64,000 nt of DNA from an uncultured Gammaproteobacteria bacterium (GCA_964497535.1 CAZCCG010000001.1:2688-66687), one strand, 5' to 3'. Shown: positions 9,116-19,289, counted from the first letter of the stretch. A program made the numbers and translations. Notes: generated by a model not told the origin, from the letters alone.

Positions 9116-9649
9116 GTGGCTCTGCCTACCTCACATCAACACTATACGCATCTGTTTTCTGCGCCTTTTATAATTGGCAGTCTGGTTATTGCATTTCTCT
9201 ATGGCCTGCTCTCCCTCTATCTGGTCAATTATCGCCTGGTCATCGAAGAACTTGGTACCAATGCCCCTCTATGGAATAAACTACAGCTTCTGGGCAGCCT
9301 TATTCAAGGCCTGACTACTGCCTATACCAGTATCGATGTCGTGCTGCTTCTTCTGACTTCTCTATTGGTAGGAGTCAATGTCATGCTGATTATTACTGTT
9401 GTTCGCAATCTCAAAAATACGGGAGGTATTACCCTATCGGTTGGAGGAGGAAGCGTGGCAGGACTCGTCTCGACCGGTTGCGGCGCCTGCGGTTTAACGT
9501 TTCTCTCAGTAATTGGATTAACCTCTGCAACCGCCGTTCTTCCGTTCCACGGGAAAGAACTACAACTGGGAGGAGTGACTTTGCTCATTTTTTCCCTTAT
9601 TTATATGGGGAGAAAACTTACTCTCTCACGTATCTGCAAGACAAAATAA
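9116..9649 (+). CDS. 4-TM membrane protein with intramembrane CxxC
   Basis: abuts dsbA stop; STGCGACG motif; C-terminal Cys. Confidence 0.75.
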   Translation: MALPTSHQHYTHLFSAPFIIGSLVIAFLYGLLSLYLVNYRLVIEELGTNAPLWNKLQLLGSLIQGLTTAYTSIDVVLLLLTSLLVGVNVMLIITVVRNLKNTGGITLSVGGGSVAGLVSTGCGACGLTFLSVIGLTSATAVLPFHGKELQLGGVTLLIFSLIYMGRKLTLSRICKTK

Positions 9650-9668
9650 AAAGGTACACAAAGAAAAG

Positions 9669-10394
9669 TTAGGTAAAGCGGGTTACGAGGAATATAAATG
9701 CAACTCCCAACACAGTTAACCCAATCATGGAGAAACTGCTATGTTTGCTATGCGCTTCTGGGAGCAAATCTGAGGCCCCAATATAGAGCAAAAAGCCGGC
9801 AAAAAACCCTAAGTAAAGCTGCAATACTGATGTGGGAATAACGAAAAGAAAGGTTGATAATGCCCCCAAAATTGGAGCTGCAGCATCCAAAATAAGAAGA
9901 AACAATGATTTTCTGATAGTATTTTTATGAGTCAACATAAGCGTTACCGTATTGAGTCCATCTGAAAAATCATGAGCGATAACAGCAATAGCAATCAAAA
10001 AACCTACATGAGGATTAATATGAAACCCAAGCCCTATCCCTACTCCATCCAAAAAGCTATGAAATGAAAGTCCTGAAGCACTAATAACACCAACGGTAGG
10101 ATGTTTATGTTCTTCATATTCCGTTTCATGATGAGAATGAATCAGGGCAAACTTTTCCAGCGTATGAATCACCAGAAATCCTACCACCAATGCGATCAAT
10201 CCATTTGTGATGTCTAAATTATGCTCTTGAGTTATTGCAAAAAGTTCAGGAACAATATCAAAAAAACAAACAGCCAAAAGGACACCTGCAGTAAAGCTCA
10301 TGATATAGTGAAGACGATTTTTATTTTTAATTGCAAAAAAACCTCCCAGCAAAGTTGATAAAAAAGCTCCAAATGATAACAAAATTACATTCAT
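9669..10394 (-). CDS. ZIP family metal transporter
   Basis: HSFLDG, IAHDFSDG, LLPEAH, His-rich loop. Confidence 0.93.
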   Translation of the reverse strand: MNVILLSFGAFLSTLLGGFFAIKNKNRLHYIMSFTAGVLLAVCFFDIVPELFAITQEHNLDITNGLIALVVGFLVIHTLEKFALIHSHHETEYEEHKHPTVGVISASGLSFHSFLDGVGIGLGFHINPHVGFLIAIAVIAHDFSDGLNTVTLMLTHKNTIRKSLFLLILDAAAPILGALSTFLFVIPTSVLQLYLGFFAGFLLYIGASDLLPEAHSKHSSFSMIGLTVLGVAFIFLVTRFT

Positions 10395-10396
10395 AT

Positions 10397-10828
10397 TTAT
10401 TTCTGACAGTTACTACAAAGACCGAAAAACTCAAGAGCATGGCTTTTGACTTTAAATTGCTTTTTCTTCTCAATATCTTTTTCCAAATCACTGATATTGC
10501 AATCAGAAATATCTTCAATCGAGCCGCAATTCTCACAAATTAAGTGATGGTGCTCTCCTTTTGAAACCAGCTCATACCGGAATTTTCCTTCATGAAACTG
10601 TAATTGTTTGGTCAACCCTTTTTTGGTAAAGGCATTGATAATACGAAATACGGTTGCCTGATCAGCCTCCATATCATGAGCTTTGAGGTAATCAATAATT
10701 GAAGATACATCAATCGGTTTATCTGTTTGTTCCAAAAGCTGCAAAATAGCAACACGTGCTGGAGTAGCTTTAAGCTCTGCTTCCCGCAGTTCATCTTTAC
10801 AATCATGTTTGATTCGTGCTTGTACCAT
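10397..10828 (-). CDS. Fur family regulator (probably Zur)
   Basis: TPARVAIL, ATVFR, HHHLICENCG, CSNC; co-oriented with ZIP transporter. Confidence 0.93.
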   Translation of the reverse strand: MVQARIKHDCKDELREAELKATPARVAILQLLEQTDKPIDVSSIIDYLKAHDMEADQATVFRIINAFTKKGLTKQLQFHEGKFRYELVSKGEHHHLICENCGSIEDISDCNISDLEKDIEKKKQFKVKSHALEFFGLCSNCQK

Positions 10829-10931
10829 ATAGTGTGATAACCTGGTGAGTTAAATCTTACAGAATCCTGCTATCTGCTTGAAAAGCAGGACTCTTTAAAA
10901 TAGAAACTTCAAGATCAAACAATGTTACTTT

Positions 10932-10977
10932 TGCAAGTAACTTGCATTAGTATATGCGATTGACTTGCATCTGTCAA
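10932..10977 (-). promoter_or_regulatory. sigma70 promoter with two 7-1-7 Fur-family operators
   Basis: TTGACA (10977-10972)-17 bp-TATACT (10954-10949); perfect TGCAAGT-A-ACTTGCA at 10932-10946, imperfect copy at 10955-10969. Confidence 0.75.
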
Positions 10978-11052
10978 TAGGTAAATTCCCCACATGATAC
11001 TTCTGATACCCCTGATACTCTTGATACCCTTCTTCGTGCTACAATATACCTC

Positions 11053-12162
11053 ATGAACAAGCTCTTTTTAGCATTTTTTGTGATGGTTACGACTCTATTC
11101 TTCCCTATTACGGCATGTGCGCAAGACAAAGCTCCTACGACCAGCAGTCACTATTACAAAGCAGAAGTCACGTGGATCGTATCGGAGGGAGAAAAAAAGG
11201 TTTTGGACAAGACAGTTCCCTACCAGACAGTCAAGGTAAAACTTCTGGATGGCCCCAACAAAAATAAAGAAGTAACGGTTGAGCAAGGAACTCAAACTAC
11301 TATGACCCGCGATCAACGAGTCAATGTAGGTGATACGGTCATTGTCATGCAGCTTGTAACCGACAATAAATCAAATTACTTTATTACCGATACCTACCGT
11401 CTTCCATCACTGATTATTCTGACACTCCTGTTCTTCGTTCTCGTTATCGTATTAAGCCGACTCAAGGGACTGGGATCAATTATTGGTCTTGTCGTGAGTA
11501 TCCTTATCATTAGTCAATTTATTGTTCCTGCTATTTTGGCCGGCCAAGACCCACTCCTCGTCAGCGCTCTGGGAGCAAGCGTTATTATTTGTATAACTAT
11601 TTATCTTGCTCACGGATTTTCACTCAAAACAACGCTTGCTTTGGCTTCTACGCTGATTACATTGGTCGTTGTGTGTATTCTATCAGTAGTATTTGTCAAT
11701 GTGGCGCATATTACGGGACTGGGTAATGACGATGCATATCTACTGCAATTTGGCCCAACCGGCAGCATCAATGTAAAGGGGCTGCTTCTGGGAGGCATTA
11801 TTATTGGTGCAATTGGCGTTTTGGATGATGTCACGACTGGTCTGACTGCGGCGCTATTTGAACTCAAGAGTGTCCATCCCGCTGCCAAACTGCATCATTA
11901 TCTTAAAAGTGGTATGAATATTGGCAACGAACACATCGCTTCCCTGGTAAATACGCTCGTCTTGGCATATGCAGGTGCATCGCTTCCCCTCTTTTTATTT
12001 TTAGTTATAAATCCATCCCATCAGCCGCTCTGGATGGTTATCAATAATGAATTTATTGCAGAAGAAATTGTACGAACATTAGCCGGAAGTTTCGGTCTGG
12101 TACTTGCGGTCCCTATTACTGTCCTCATCACCGCCTTTTATATATCCCGCTACGAACGCTAG
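11053..12162 (+). CDS. YibE/F family membrane protein
   Basis: GIIIGAIGVLDDV, IASLVNTLVLAYAG, EEIVRTLAGSFG. Confidence 0.9.
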   Translation: MNKLFLAFFVMVTTLFFPITACAQDKAPTTSSHYYKAEVTWIVSEGEKKVLDKTVPYQTVKVKLLDGPNKNKEVTVEQGTQTTMTRDQRVNVGDTVIVMQLVTDNKSNYFITDTYRLPSLIILTLLFFVLVIVLSRLKGLGSIIGLVVSILIISQFIVPAILAGQDPLLVSALGASVIICITIYLAHGFSLKTTLALASTLITLVVVCILSVVFVNVAHITGLGNDDAYLLQFGPTGSINVKGLLLGGIIIGAIGVLDDVTTGLTAALFELKSVHPAAKLHHYLKSGMNIGNEHIASLVNTLVLAYAGASLPLFLFLVINPSHQPLWMVINNEFIAEEIVRTLAGSFGLVLAVPITVLITAFYISRYER

Positions 12163-12728
12163 GAGTGAGTAGTTTCCTGCTTTGTTTTTTGCCATTGTTT
12201 TTTCTTGAATCGTCTGACAAAGAAAATAATAAAGGTTATAGAAATAATCAAGATAGCACCACTATATATACCGGAAATCCATATACTTTGAGAAGAACCA
12301 GGAGTTTTTGCAGCTTGCTGATCAACATCAATATCATAGGTTAACGAAAATGGTTTGAAGGTTCCTGCAGTATAGGGCTTACCACTTACCTTGAGAGTAT
12401 ATTCTCCACGAGTAGGAAAAGTATAGACAACCGCCACACTGGTAAGGGTTGGACTATTTGTATTTTCGAACAAATCCTGAGAGTAGATTTCCTTTCCATT
12501 TTGGAAAATTGACAACGTACAATCACACTGTTCTGGTTTGAAACGATTTGTAGTATCTTTAAAATCTAAATAGAATGTACTTTTTGATCCAGCAATGGGA
12601 TCATCGTCAGGATCTACATGCATTACTGCCCCAATCGTCCCACCAGTTTTTAAAACATGGGCCTCAACAGGTCGAGGAAGTAGGAAACTTATTACTAGCA
12701 AAACTATAGCGTATTGTAATCTCCTCAT
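12159..12728 (-). CDS. secreted, C-terminally anchored protein with mature N-terminal His (possible metal binding)
   Basis: signal peptide VEA-H, MHVDPDDDP, Ig-like YTFPTRGEY, C-terminal TM plus basic tail. Confidence 0.7.
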   Translation of the reverse strand: MRRLQYAIVLLVISFLLPRPVEAHVLKTGGTIGAVMHVDPDDDPIAGSKSTFYLDFKDTTNRFKPEQCDCTLSIFQNGKEIYSQDLFENTNSPTLTSVAVVYTFPTRGEYTLKVSGKPYTAGTFKPFSLTYDIDVDQQAAKTPGSSQSIWISGIYSGAILIISITFIIFFVRRFKKKQWQKTKQETTHS

Positions 12729-12833
12729 AAAGCATCACTAGTAAATATTAAATAGCAAATATGAAATATATACACTCGGGAATAACTATTTTTTATATTT
12801 GATATGTATTTTTAATATTTAATCTTTACGATT

Positions 12834-13115
12834 TTATATCGTCGGTACTACATCAAATGACTCAAACTGCTGGTTCGGATTTTCTTCCCATTTCACCACG
12901 ACATTGCTTACTTTTGCCAGAGGTGGACCTTTCTTACAAATAGCAATAATTGTTCCCAAATCCTTTTTCTCACCTACAACTACAGCCTCAACTGATCCAT
13001 CTGTCCTATTGCGGATCCATCCCTTGAGACCAAGCTTGCGTGCTTTTCGTTTTATAAATTGCCGAAATCCAATCCCTTGTACAAAGCCGGTGATAATAAG
13101 ATGAACTTGTTTCAT
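12834..13115 (-). CDS. acyP: acylphosphatase
   Basis: GFVQGIGFR, GWIRNRTDGSVE, GPPLAKV. Confidence 0.95.
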   Translation of the reverse strand: MKQVHLIITGFVQGIGFRQFIKRKARKLGLKGWIRNRTDGSVEAVVVGEKKDLGTIIAICKKGPPLAKVSNVVVKWEENPNQQFESFDVVPTI

Positions 13116-13116
13116 A

Positions 13117-13638
13117 CTAGAAGAAGCGTGCGCCTAACCCGGCAAGAATAATATCGCGGAAAAATCTTCCGGCAAACAGTAATATAAAAAATCGAAGCGG
13201 TGAATAGGAAGATACTCCCGCAATGATACCGACGACATCAAACAATGGGTTTGGAATAAATGCAAAAATCAAAATTACAATACCTCCATATTTTTCAAAA
13301 AGTACATGCAGTCGGGTATACCACTCATGTTTTTGCGCATTTACCAATACGCTGGTTCCTGATTTTCCCAACAGATACCCGATCATATCCCCTCCTGCTG
13401 CACCCAGGGCCGATACCAACGCCACCCATAAGATTGGATACACATGTCCCCCTGCTACAACGGTTGCAATTGCCGGAGCCGGTAAGAAAAGTGTTGCCGA
13501 ACCAATGAAATTTATTATAAATATTCCCAATAGTCCCCATGCCCTGAAATGCGCAAGATTTTGCTGAAAATAAAACGCGACAAATACAATCACCAGAGAA
13601 AGAACGAGCATGAGAATGTGAGACAATTTAATCTTCAT
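13117..13638 (-). CDS. DedA/VTT (SNARE-associated) membrane protein
   Basis: ATLFLPAP, GDMIGYLLG, IPNPLFDVVG. Confidence 0.85.
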   Translation of the reverse strand: MKIKLSHILMLVLSLVIVFVAFYFQQNLAHFRAWGLLGIFIINFIGSATLFLPAPAIATVVAGGHVYPILWVALVSALGAAGGDMIGYLLGKSGTSVLVNAQKHEWYTRLHVLFEKYGGIVILIFAFIPNPLFDVVGIIAGVSSYSPLRFFILLFAGRFFRDIILAGLGARFF

Positions 13639-13644
13639 AATAAT

Positions 13645-13775
13645 TCGGTTATCGGTTCTCAGTCTTCAGTTTTCGGATCCGAGTTTGCCAGTTTTCTGTT
13701 GATCAGTCAGAACCAATAGACTGAACCCCGATTAACCTACATCTGACAACAGATAACCGAGAACTGATAACTGGT
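13645..13775. repeat. family A ~130-bp heptamer inverted-repeat element, copy 1
   Basis: TTCGGTTATCGGTTCTCAGTCTTC...GAGAACTGATAA; related copies at ~48583-48715 and ~56631-56757. Confidence 0.85.
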
Positions 13776-13782
13776 TAGAGTT

Positions 13783-14055
13783 CTATTGAGTCTTTGTTGC
13801 ATTTTGCGCTTTAAGTTCCTTCAATTTCCACATAAACAGAGCTCCTTTTCGGTCTGCCTTACTATCCACACAAAACTGCAATGCCTTCTCAAGAATTGAC
13901 CGATGGGTTGTCTTTGCAAGCTTAATATAGAGACTTTTATGTTTATAGTCATCCAGTTGTTCAGCCAAATACATGCCGTATTTTTGGAATTCACGGGAAA
14001 TATATTTGTCCTGGACAGGGTTAAATGTATTGAGGATTGAAGACAGCTTTTGCAC
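13783..14055 (-). CDS. small hypothetical protein
   Basis: 90-aa helical ORF, LAEQLDDYKHKSLYIKLAK; GTG start. Confidence 0.7.
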   Translation of the reverse strand: MQKLSSILNTFNPVQDKYISREFQKYGMYLAEQLDDYKHKSLYIKLAKTTHRSILEKALQFCVDSKADRKGALFMWKLKELKAQNATKTQ

Positions 14056-14063
14056 GAGTTTTA

Positions 14064-14831
14064 TTATACACTACTACCCCGTGGTGCTTTTAAATGAATC
14101 GTAGTGCGGGTTCCCACAATAGGACTTTTTTTTTGCGGCGGTAGTCCAAACTTCATAGAGAATTTTCCATTGATATCATAAGACACAATAGCACCTACAT
14201 CGTATGCTGGCTGCTGCTCTCTTCTAATATGAATTCTACATCCTCCTCCTGTACCTTCCCCCTTTACCATATCCGGATACCTGCCTGTTAAGTCACACAA
14301 CGCTTCGGCCGCAACAATATAATGCCCAAACCCCATAATCTGCCGGGGAGATCTCTGTAACCGGCTGGTAATTTGTGGTTCCGAAACATCCAGGTAAGGA
14401 GTAGACACGCTTGCTTGAGTTAAATACCATCCTGATTCCATATCTGGAGGATCTTGCGCCCTAAAAAAAGGTTGTCTCTTGATATACCCAAATATATCTT
14501 GCAGTTTCTCATGGTCCAAATCCTCCGGTATATAAATCATACGATACAGATGCCGCATTCGTCCTTCCAGCAGCTGTTGAGTTACCGGATCTGGATAGAC
14601 AACAGGAGCTACCGTAGGGATCCATCCGATCCTGCTTCCCCATTTATTCCATGTAGCGCTCCACCATGCATGAGTCACTTCAGGACTTACAATGCCATTT
14701 CTATATTCGGAGGCTAAATTGGAAACAAAAGTTTCGGGAGGATCTTGTGCAGATTCTTCTTGATGAGGATAGTTTCTATTGATACCATTGATGCCAGGGT
14801 AATTCCCCGGCGCATGTGCTTCGGGTCCCAT
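14064..14831 (-). CDS. hypothetical protein (possible degenerate CLec/FGE-sulfatase-like fold)
   Basis: 255-aa ORF filling the gap; ends in a G-x-R beta motif. Confidence 0.6.
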   Translation of the reverse strand: MGPEAHAPGNYPGINGINRNYPHQEESAQDPPETFVSNLASEYRNGIVSPEVTHAWWSATWNKWGSRIGWIPTVAPVVYPDPVTQQLLEGRMRHLYRMIYIPEDLDHEKLQDIFGYIKRQPFFRAQDPPDMESGWYLTQASVSTPYLDVSEPQITSRLQRSPRQIMGFGHYIVAAEALCDLTGRYPDMVKGEGTGGGCRIHIRREQQPAYDVGAIVSYDINGKFSMKFGLPPQKKSPIVGTRTTIHLKAPRGSSV

Positions 14832-14908
14832 AGCCTATCTTGTGTGGTTATACCACTCAACCAGGTAAATGTCAAAGCTACAAGCAGTAAATTTTGAAAG
14901 GCAAGATA

Positions 14909-15526
14909 TTATTTTGTATTGTAGCGGTTCATTGCAGCTTCAAGCCCTTGTTCCAATGCCATTGTAATAGCGTCTGCTCCCCGTTTTACCAATTCTTTTG
15001 CACGCTTACTATCTCCACCGGTAAATTTTCCCAAAACATAATCCCGGGCATCATGAATAATGTGTTTACTCATCTCGTCATGATTGTGCGAGATACCAAT
15101 TCCCATACGGAACCGCCAGAATTTGTCGGTTTTGAGTACTGTAAGAATTGACTCTACTCCCTTTTGCCCGGCAGAAGAACCTCCGAGCCTGATTTTCATG
15201 CTGCCCAATGGTAAATCTAACTCGTCTTGGATGATCCATATATCGTCCGGTTTTACTTTGTAGAAATGAGCCAAAAGACCTACTGCCATACCTGAATTAT
15301 TCATATGAGTCTTGGGCTTTGCGAGAATCACTTTTTCAAGTTTTCCATTTTTTGGTTGCCAATTGATTTCTGCTATATCGCTTTTGAACTTTGGGTCATC
15401 AGTCCATACTGTCTGCTCGACCGGTTCGAAGTCTTTGAAGAATTGCTCAACCACCATAAATCCCATATTATGGCGCGTTTTTTCATATTGTATGCCAGGA
15501 TTACCCAATCCAATAATTAATTTCAT
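14909..15526 (-). CDS. pth: peptidyl-tRNA hydrolase
   Basis: GLGNPG..Y..TRHNMGF, KPKTHMNNSG, DELDLPLG. Confidence 0.96.
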   Translation of the reverse strand: MKLIIGLGNPGIQYEKTRHNMGFMVVEQFFKDFEPVEQTVWTDDPKFKSDIAEINWQPKNGKLEKVILAKPKTHMNNSGMAVGLLAHFYKVKPDDIWIIQDELDLPLGSMKIRLGGSSAGQKGVESILTVLKTDKFWRFRMGIGISHNHDEMSKHIIHDARDYVLGKFTGGDSKRAKELVKRGADAITMALEQGLEAAMNRYNTK

Positions 15527-15637
15527 TACCTCTATTCTACTCCGTTTTGTTAAAAAGTCTATGCCTTAAATCACAAAAAAGAACAGCATCAGAATTGTAA
15601 CATCCTTAAACTGTTCTTTTTATAAATAATTTCAGAA

Positions 15638-16132
15638 TTATTTATAGTAGGATTTAATTTGGAACAAGAGGTAGAACTCTACCGCTATCCAAAAGATATT
15701 CCATACTAAGCTCGCAATAGGCATGCCTCCATTTACCAGGGAAGATACTGCTGCAACTATTACATATACAACATTGAGTAATGTTACATATGTCAATAAT
15801 TTCCAACCGGACATTTTCTTATCTTTTGTTTTGGAAAAAGCCAATACTAACAGTATTCCTTCAAGAAGTGACAACAATGCCAGTACTACGAGAAAAACTG
15901 CAGTTGATACTCCTCCACCGACTGCAACTACTGGACTTGCCACAATGCTAAATAACGTTGCCAATCCTCCAAAGACAACTGAGAGTACTCCACCAATAAG
16001 AGCAAGCCATGGGGTTATGGTAACCAAAAATTCTCGTCCACCCTTTGGAAGTGGTGGAAGTGATTTATAGGTACTTTCCAGTGATACTACCCACGCGTCT
16101 GCTTGTTTGAATTCAATTGTTTTTTCTGTCAT
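15638..16132 (-). CDS. 4-TM membrane protein
   Basis: hydrophobic ORF, LPKGGREFLV..PW...YLLFQIKSYY; SD GGAGGTG. Confidence 0.8.
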   Translation of the reverse strand: MTEKTIEFKQADAWVVSLESTYKSLPPLPKGGREFLVTITPWLALIGGVLSVVFGGLATLFSIVASPVVAVGGGVSTAVFLVVLALLSLLEGILLVLAFSKTKDKKMSGWKLLTYVTLLNVVYVIVAAVSSLVNGGMPIASLVWNIFWIAVEFYLLFQIKSYYK

Positions 16133-16231
16133 TTTCACTCACCTCCATTCTTGATAATCTGCCTCTAGCATCTATCATATTCACTGTACCGAAAACCAGA
16201 TGAGAAGGCAAGCCCCATTTATACGCTTATG

Positions 16232-16382
16232 GACTACAGTCTACGGTCTACAGCCAATCATGAATTAAGAATAAAGAATTATCCTTCGGCTGTGCTCAGG
16301 ACAAGTGAATCAAGGCGATACCATAACTCATAATTCATACTTCATAATTCCCAACTGTTAATTCTGAGAGGTAGTCAGTAGA
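16232..16382. repeat. family B nested repeat element, copy 1
   Basis: ATCATGAATTAAGAATAAAGAATTATCCTTCGGCTGTGCTCAGGAC...CATAATTCCCAA nearly identical at 34109-34213 and partly at 62546-62630. Confidence 0.92.
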
Positions 16383-16388
16383 CTTCGT

Positions 16389-17729
16389 TCAAAACAGGCC
16401 TTTCTGCTCTATTGCCATTTCCTGTTTTTGAGGTTCTTTACTCCAGATCTCTACCTTGCCATATTCCCCATCATATCCGGGGTCAATTGAGATATCTCCA
16501 TGGCGGACTTTTGCTATTCCCTCTGCTACTTTTTCCCCCCCTATTTTTTGGATTTCTGTAATATCCGATTTCAAAAGAATCTCAAGCTCTGAACCAAATG
16601 CGTTAACCAATGTATCATAGAGTCCTATTGTTTTTTGGGAAAATACAGTTGAATGCTGGCTTTCTGCCACAATTTCAAGCAACGGAACTAATTTTACATA
16701 AGGAGGTTGATGACGAGTTGAGTCCGTATACCATTTCAACCCACCCTGATTATATTTTTCCTCAAGGGTTGTAGTAGGATAAGAATCAGCAAGCTGCTGG
16801 ACCCGATATAAAACTCCTTCTGTCAAGACTTTCCCACAAACAGGACATTTATTCCCTTTTTCCTGCAGCTGTTTGGGATCTCTGACCACTTTGCAGTTGC
16901 GATGACCTGAAAAATGATATTTGCCCTCTTCCGGATAAAACTCGATTGTATAAATAACCTTGTTTTTGCCTTTTCGCATAATGGCACTTTTGAGCATTTC
17001 AAATGAAAGTTCTTCCAAATCCATAACCGTCGCTTCCCGGCCCATCTTTGCAGGACTATGTGCATCCGAAAATGAGAGAATAGACCGGTCTTTCAATTCA
17101 TCAATTGCCCAATTCATCTCAGGGTCGCTTGAAAGTCCTGTTTCAATACCATAAATATATTTCGCATAGTCCCCAAATGCTTCTTCCAGGCTGTCATATC
17201 CGCTTGCTGATCCATATATACCAAAATGCGGCGTCCAGATGTGGCATGGGATGAGAAAACTTCTCTCATCAATTTCCAGAATCAACTCCAACAGTTCTCT
17301 CGATTTCAATCCAATAATAGGTCTCCCATCAGCACTCAAATTACAACCGCGTTTTAAAAGTGCCTCATTGATCTTCTCTGCTGTCTCAAGGTTAGGAGAA
17401 AACACAAGGTTATGAATACGTCTTAGTTTGTCCTTATCTTTACAAATACTCGATATTTCCGTAGAAAGAAGAAAATATGGTTCTTTCCCTTGAGTATTTA
17501 TTTGATCTTTACTATTTGATGTTTGATTTTTTAGTCTATAAACCCCCTCATGTACCTCTTCCAGTTGTGACTTGATCTCTTTAAACCATACCGGATGGGT
17601 AAAATCAGAAGCAGTCAAAATATCCAGACCTTTTCTCCGCCCATACAAAGCCATCGTAGGCAATATCATATTCTGGCTTACCGCTCGGGAGAATCGTGAG
17701 TGTAAATGCAGATCGGTTACGTAATTCAT
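16389..17729 (-). CDS. endonuclease Q-family PHP/zinc-finger protein
   Basis: DLHLHSRFSRA, HIWTP, ETGLSSD, FSDAHS, GKYH...C, CPVC, PGYDGEYG. Confidence 0.88.
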   Translation of the reverse strand: MNYVTDLHLHSRFSRAVSQNMILPTMALYGRRKGLDILTASDFTHPVWFKEIKSQLEEVHEGVYRLKNQTSNSKDQINTQGKEPYFLLSTEISSICKDKDKLRRIHNLVFSPNLETAEKINEALLKRGCNLSADGRPIIGLKSRELLELILEIDERSFLIPCHIWTPHFGIYGSASGYDSLEEAFGDYAKYIYGIETGLSSDPEMNWAIDELKDRSILSFSDAHSPAKMGREATVMDLEELSFEMLKSAIMRKGKNKVIYTIEFYPEEGKYHFSGHRNCKVVRDPKQLQEKGNKCPVCGKVLTEGVLYRVQQLADSYPTTTLEEKYNQGGLKWYTDSTRHQPPYVKLVPLLEIVAESQHSTVFSQKTIGLYDTLVNAFGSELEILLKSDITEIQKIGGEKVAEGIAKVRHGDISIDPGYDGEYGKVEIWSKEPQKQEMAIEQKGLF

Positions 17730-17858
17730 CTGGCCATATTGTAGCAAAAAATTTCCCAGCTAGACACACCCGGTGTGTGGTAGGTAGACACATCAGGAAC
17801 TCTGGCTATTTCTCGTTATTGACAAATAGATTAGTTTGGGTCTACGCTAAAGCTTGTC

Positions 17859-18323
17859 ATGGGAATATCTTCTGCCGAAGCACTCTCACGGATCCATCGA
17901 CCAAATGTACATATCCCAAACCCATTGGCTTCTCTAGGGACAGGCATTGAGACACTCGCCAGGAAACTGGAACCTCCACCGCTAACAGCTGAAGAACGAG
18001 CAGAAGAAGAAATTCACAAAGCATGGGATGAATCTGCACACGACCCGCTGGTTCAACAAGCAGTGGATGTACTCAAAGGACACGCGCCGGGAACGCATAC
18101 AACGCTCCCCCATGGAACAGTATATGCAATGCGAATGGTTGAATTTCGAGATGAACAATATGAATTACAAACCAGAGTAGAATTAGGACCAGAAAACGAA
18201 AAACCTTTTGCCGAAGATCATCCGGCCAGACATTCCGAAACACCGGCATCAGAACACCCTGCTCCTCTTCCAAAACCATGGCTCCCCGTCCAATATGGAT
18301 ATGTGGGAACGCCATTTGATTGA
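17859..18323 (+). CDS. hypothetical protein
   Basis: 154-aa ORF preceded by TTGACA-17-TACGCT. Confidence 0.55.
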   Translation: MGISSAEALSRIHRPNVHIPNPLASLGTGIETLARKLEPPPLTAEERAEEEIHKAWDESAHDPLVQQAVDVLKGHAPGTHTTLPHGTVYAMRMVEFRDEQYELQTRVELGPENEKPFAEDHPARHSETPASEHPAPLPKPWLPVQYGYVGTPFD

Positions 18324-18354
18324 AAAATCAGCCTCTTACGAGTATAGTAATTCC

Positions 18355-19254
18355 ATGCCTAAACCAGCATTTGGATTAAATATTCATCTTGGCGGAATAC
18401 GATGGTTTGGGTTGGATGAAAAAGAGACAATTAAAAAATTGTTTTCTCTCCCTATTACCCGTGTCCGTATCCCTATTCCGTTTAATGAAGTAAACCCACA
18501 GAAAAATACCTGGGATTTTAGCAAACGGGACTTTTTGATTGAAGAAGCGGTTAAGCATAATTTAACCATTGATCTACAAATGGGGATTAAAACAATTGGC
18601 TGGCCAGAGGTGAATGCTCCCAATTGGTTAGCCACACAATTTCCCTATCTCAATACAAAAGGCATACAGATTGATAAAGATCCAGAGCTACAACAGTATA
18701 TTCTTACCTATCTTCAAAAGACTTCAGAACGGTATTTAAAAAACAAAGCAATAAAAACAATACAAGTAGAAAATGAACCGTTTTCCAAGCATTTGTCAGT
18801 TACAAACTATCGATATATTTCCAAGTATTTTAATGCACAAGAAATAGCTCTGGTTAAAAAACTGGATCCCTATCATCGACCATTTGTTCAAAATATCCCC
18901 TTTGATACCCCACTTGCTATACCCTCGGTGGTTAAAACTGCCGATATCATAGGTCTTAATATCTACAATCAGTACTATCTACCCCTCCCGGAAATACTGT
19001 ATTGGATGTCACTCCAAGCATGTACTGCTATTGTCAAAATGCTCGGCAAACACGTTTTTGTTACGGAATACCAATCAGCTGCATGGCTTGATGACAACAC
19101 ACCAGCTATTCCCTTTTCAACTAAGAAATTTGAACAAGGCCTTATTCACATAGCACAGTTCAAACCACAAGCAATATTTCTGTGGGATGTTGAACAGGTC
19201 CTAGCTCGTGGGACAGAGGAACACAGAGCAATCCTGGAAGACCTCCCTGTCTAA
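18355..19254 (+). CDS. clan GH-A glycoside hydrolase (GH5/GH42-like)
   Basis: WDFS, QVENEP acid/base and VTEYQ nucleophile motifs; start refined to MPKPAFG. Confidence 0.8.
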   Translation: MPKPAFGLNIHLGGIRWFGLDEKETIKKLFSLPITRVRIPIPFNEVNPQKNTWDFSKRDFLIEEAVKHNLTIDLQMGIKTIGWPEVNAPNWLATQFPYLNTKGIQIDKDPELQQYILTYLQKTSERYLKNKAIKTIQVENEPFSKHLSVTNYRYISKYFNAQEIALVKKLDPYHRPFVQNIPFDTPLAIPSVVKTADIIGLNIYNQYYLPLPEILYWMSLQACTAIVKMLGKHVFVTEYQSAAWLDDNTPAIPFSTKKFEQGLIHIAQFKPQAIFLWDVEQVLARGTEEHRAILEDLPV

Positions 19255-19289
19255 TGTTGACTCACCTATTAAATCATGACACACTACAA

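Noticed and set aside
17765-17780. CACACCCGGTGTG palindrome / possible purine riboswitch upstream of endoQ
   Set aside because: Single short copy; purine-riboswitch consensus not met.
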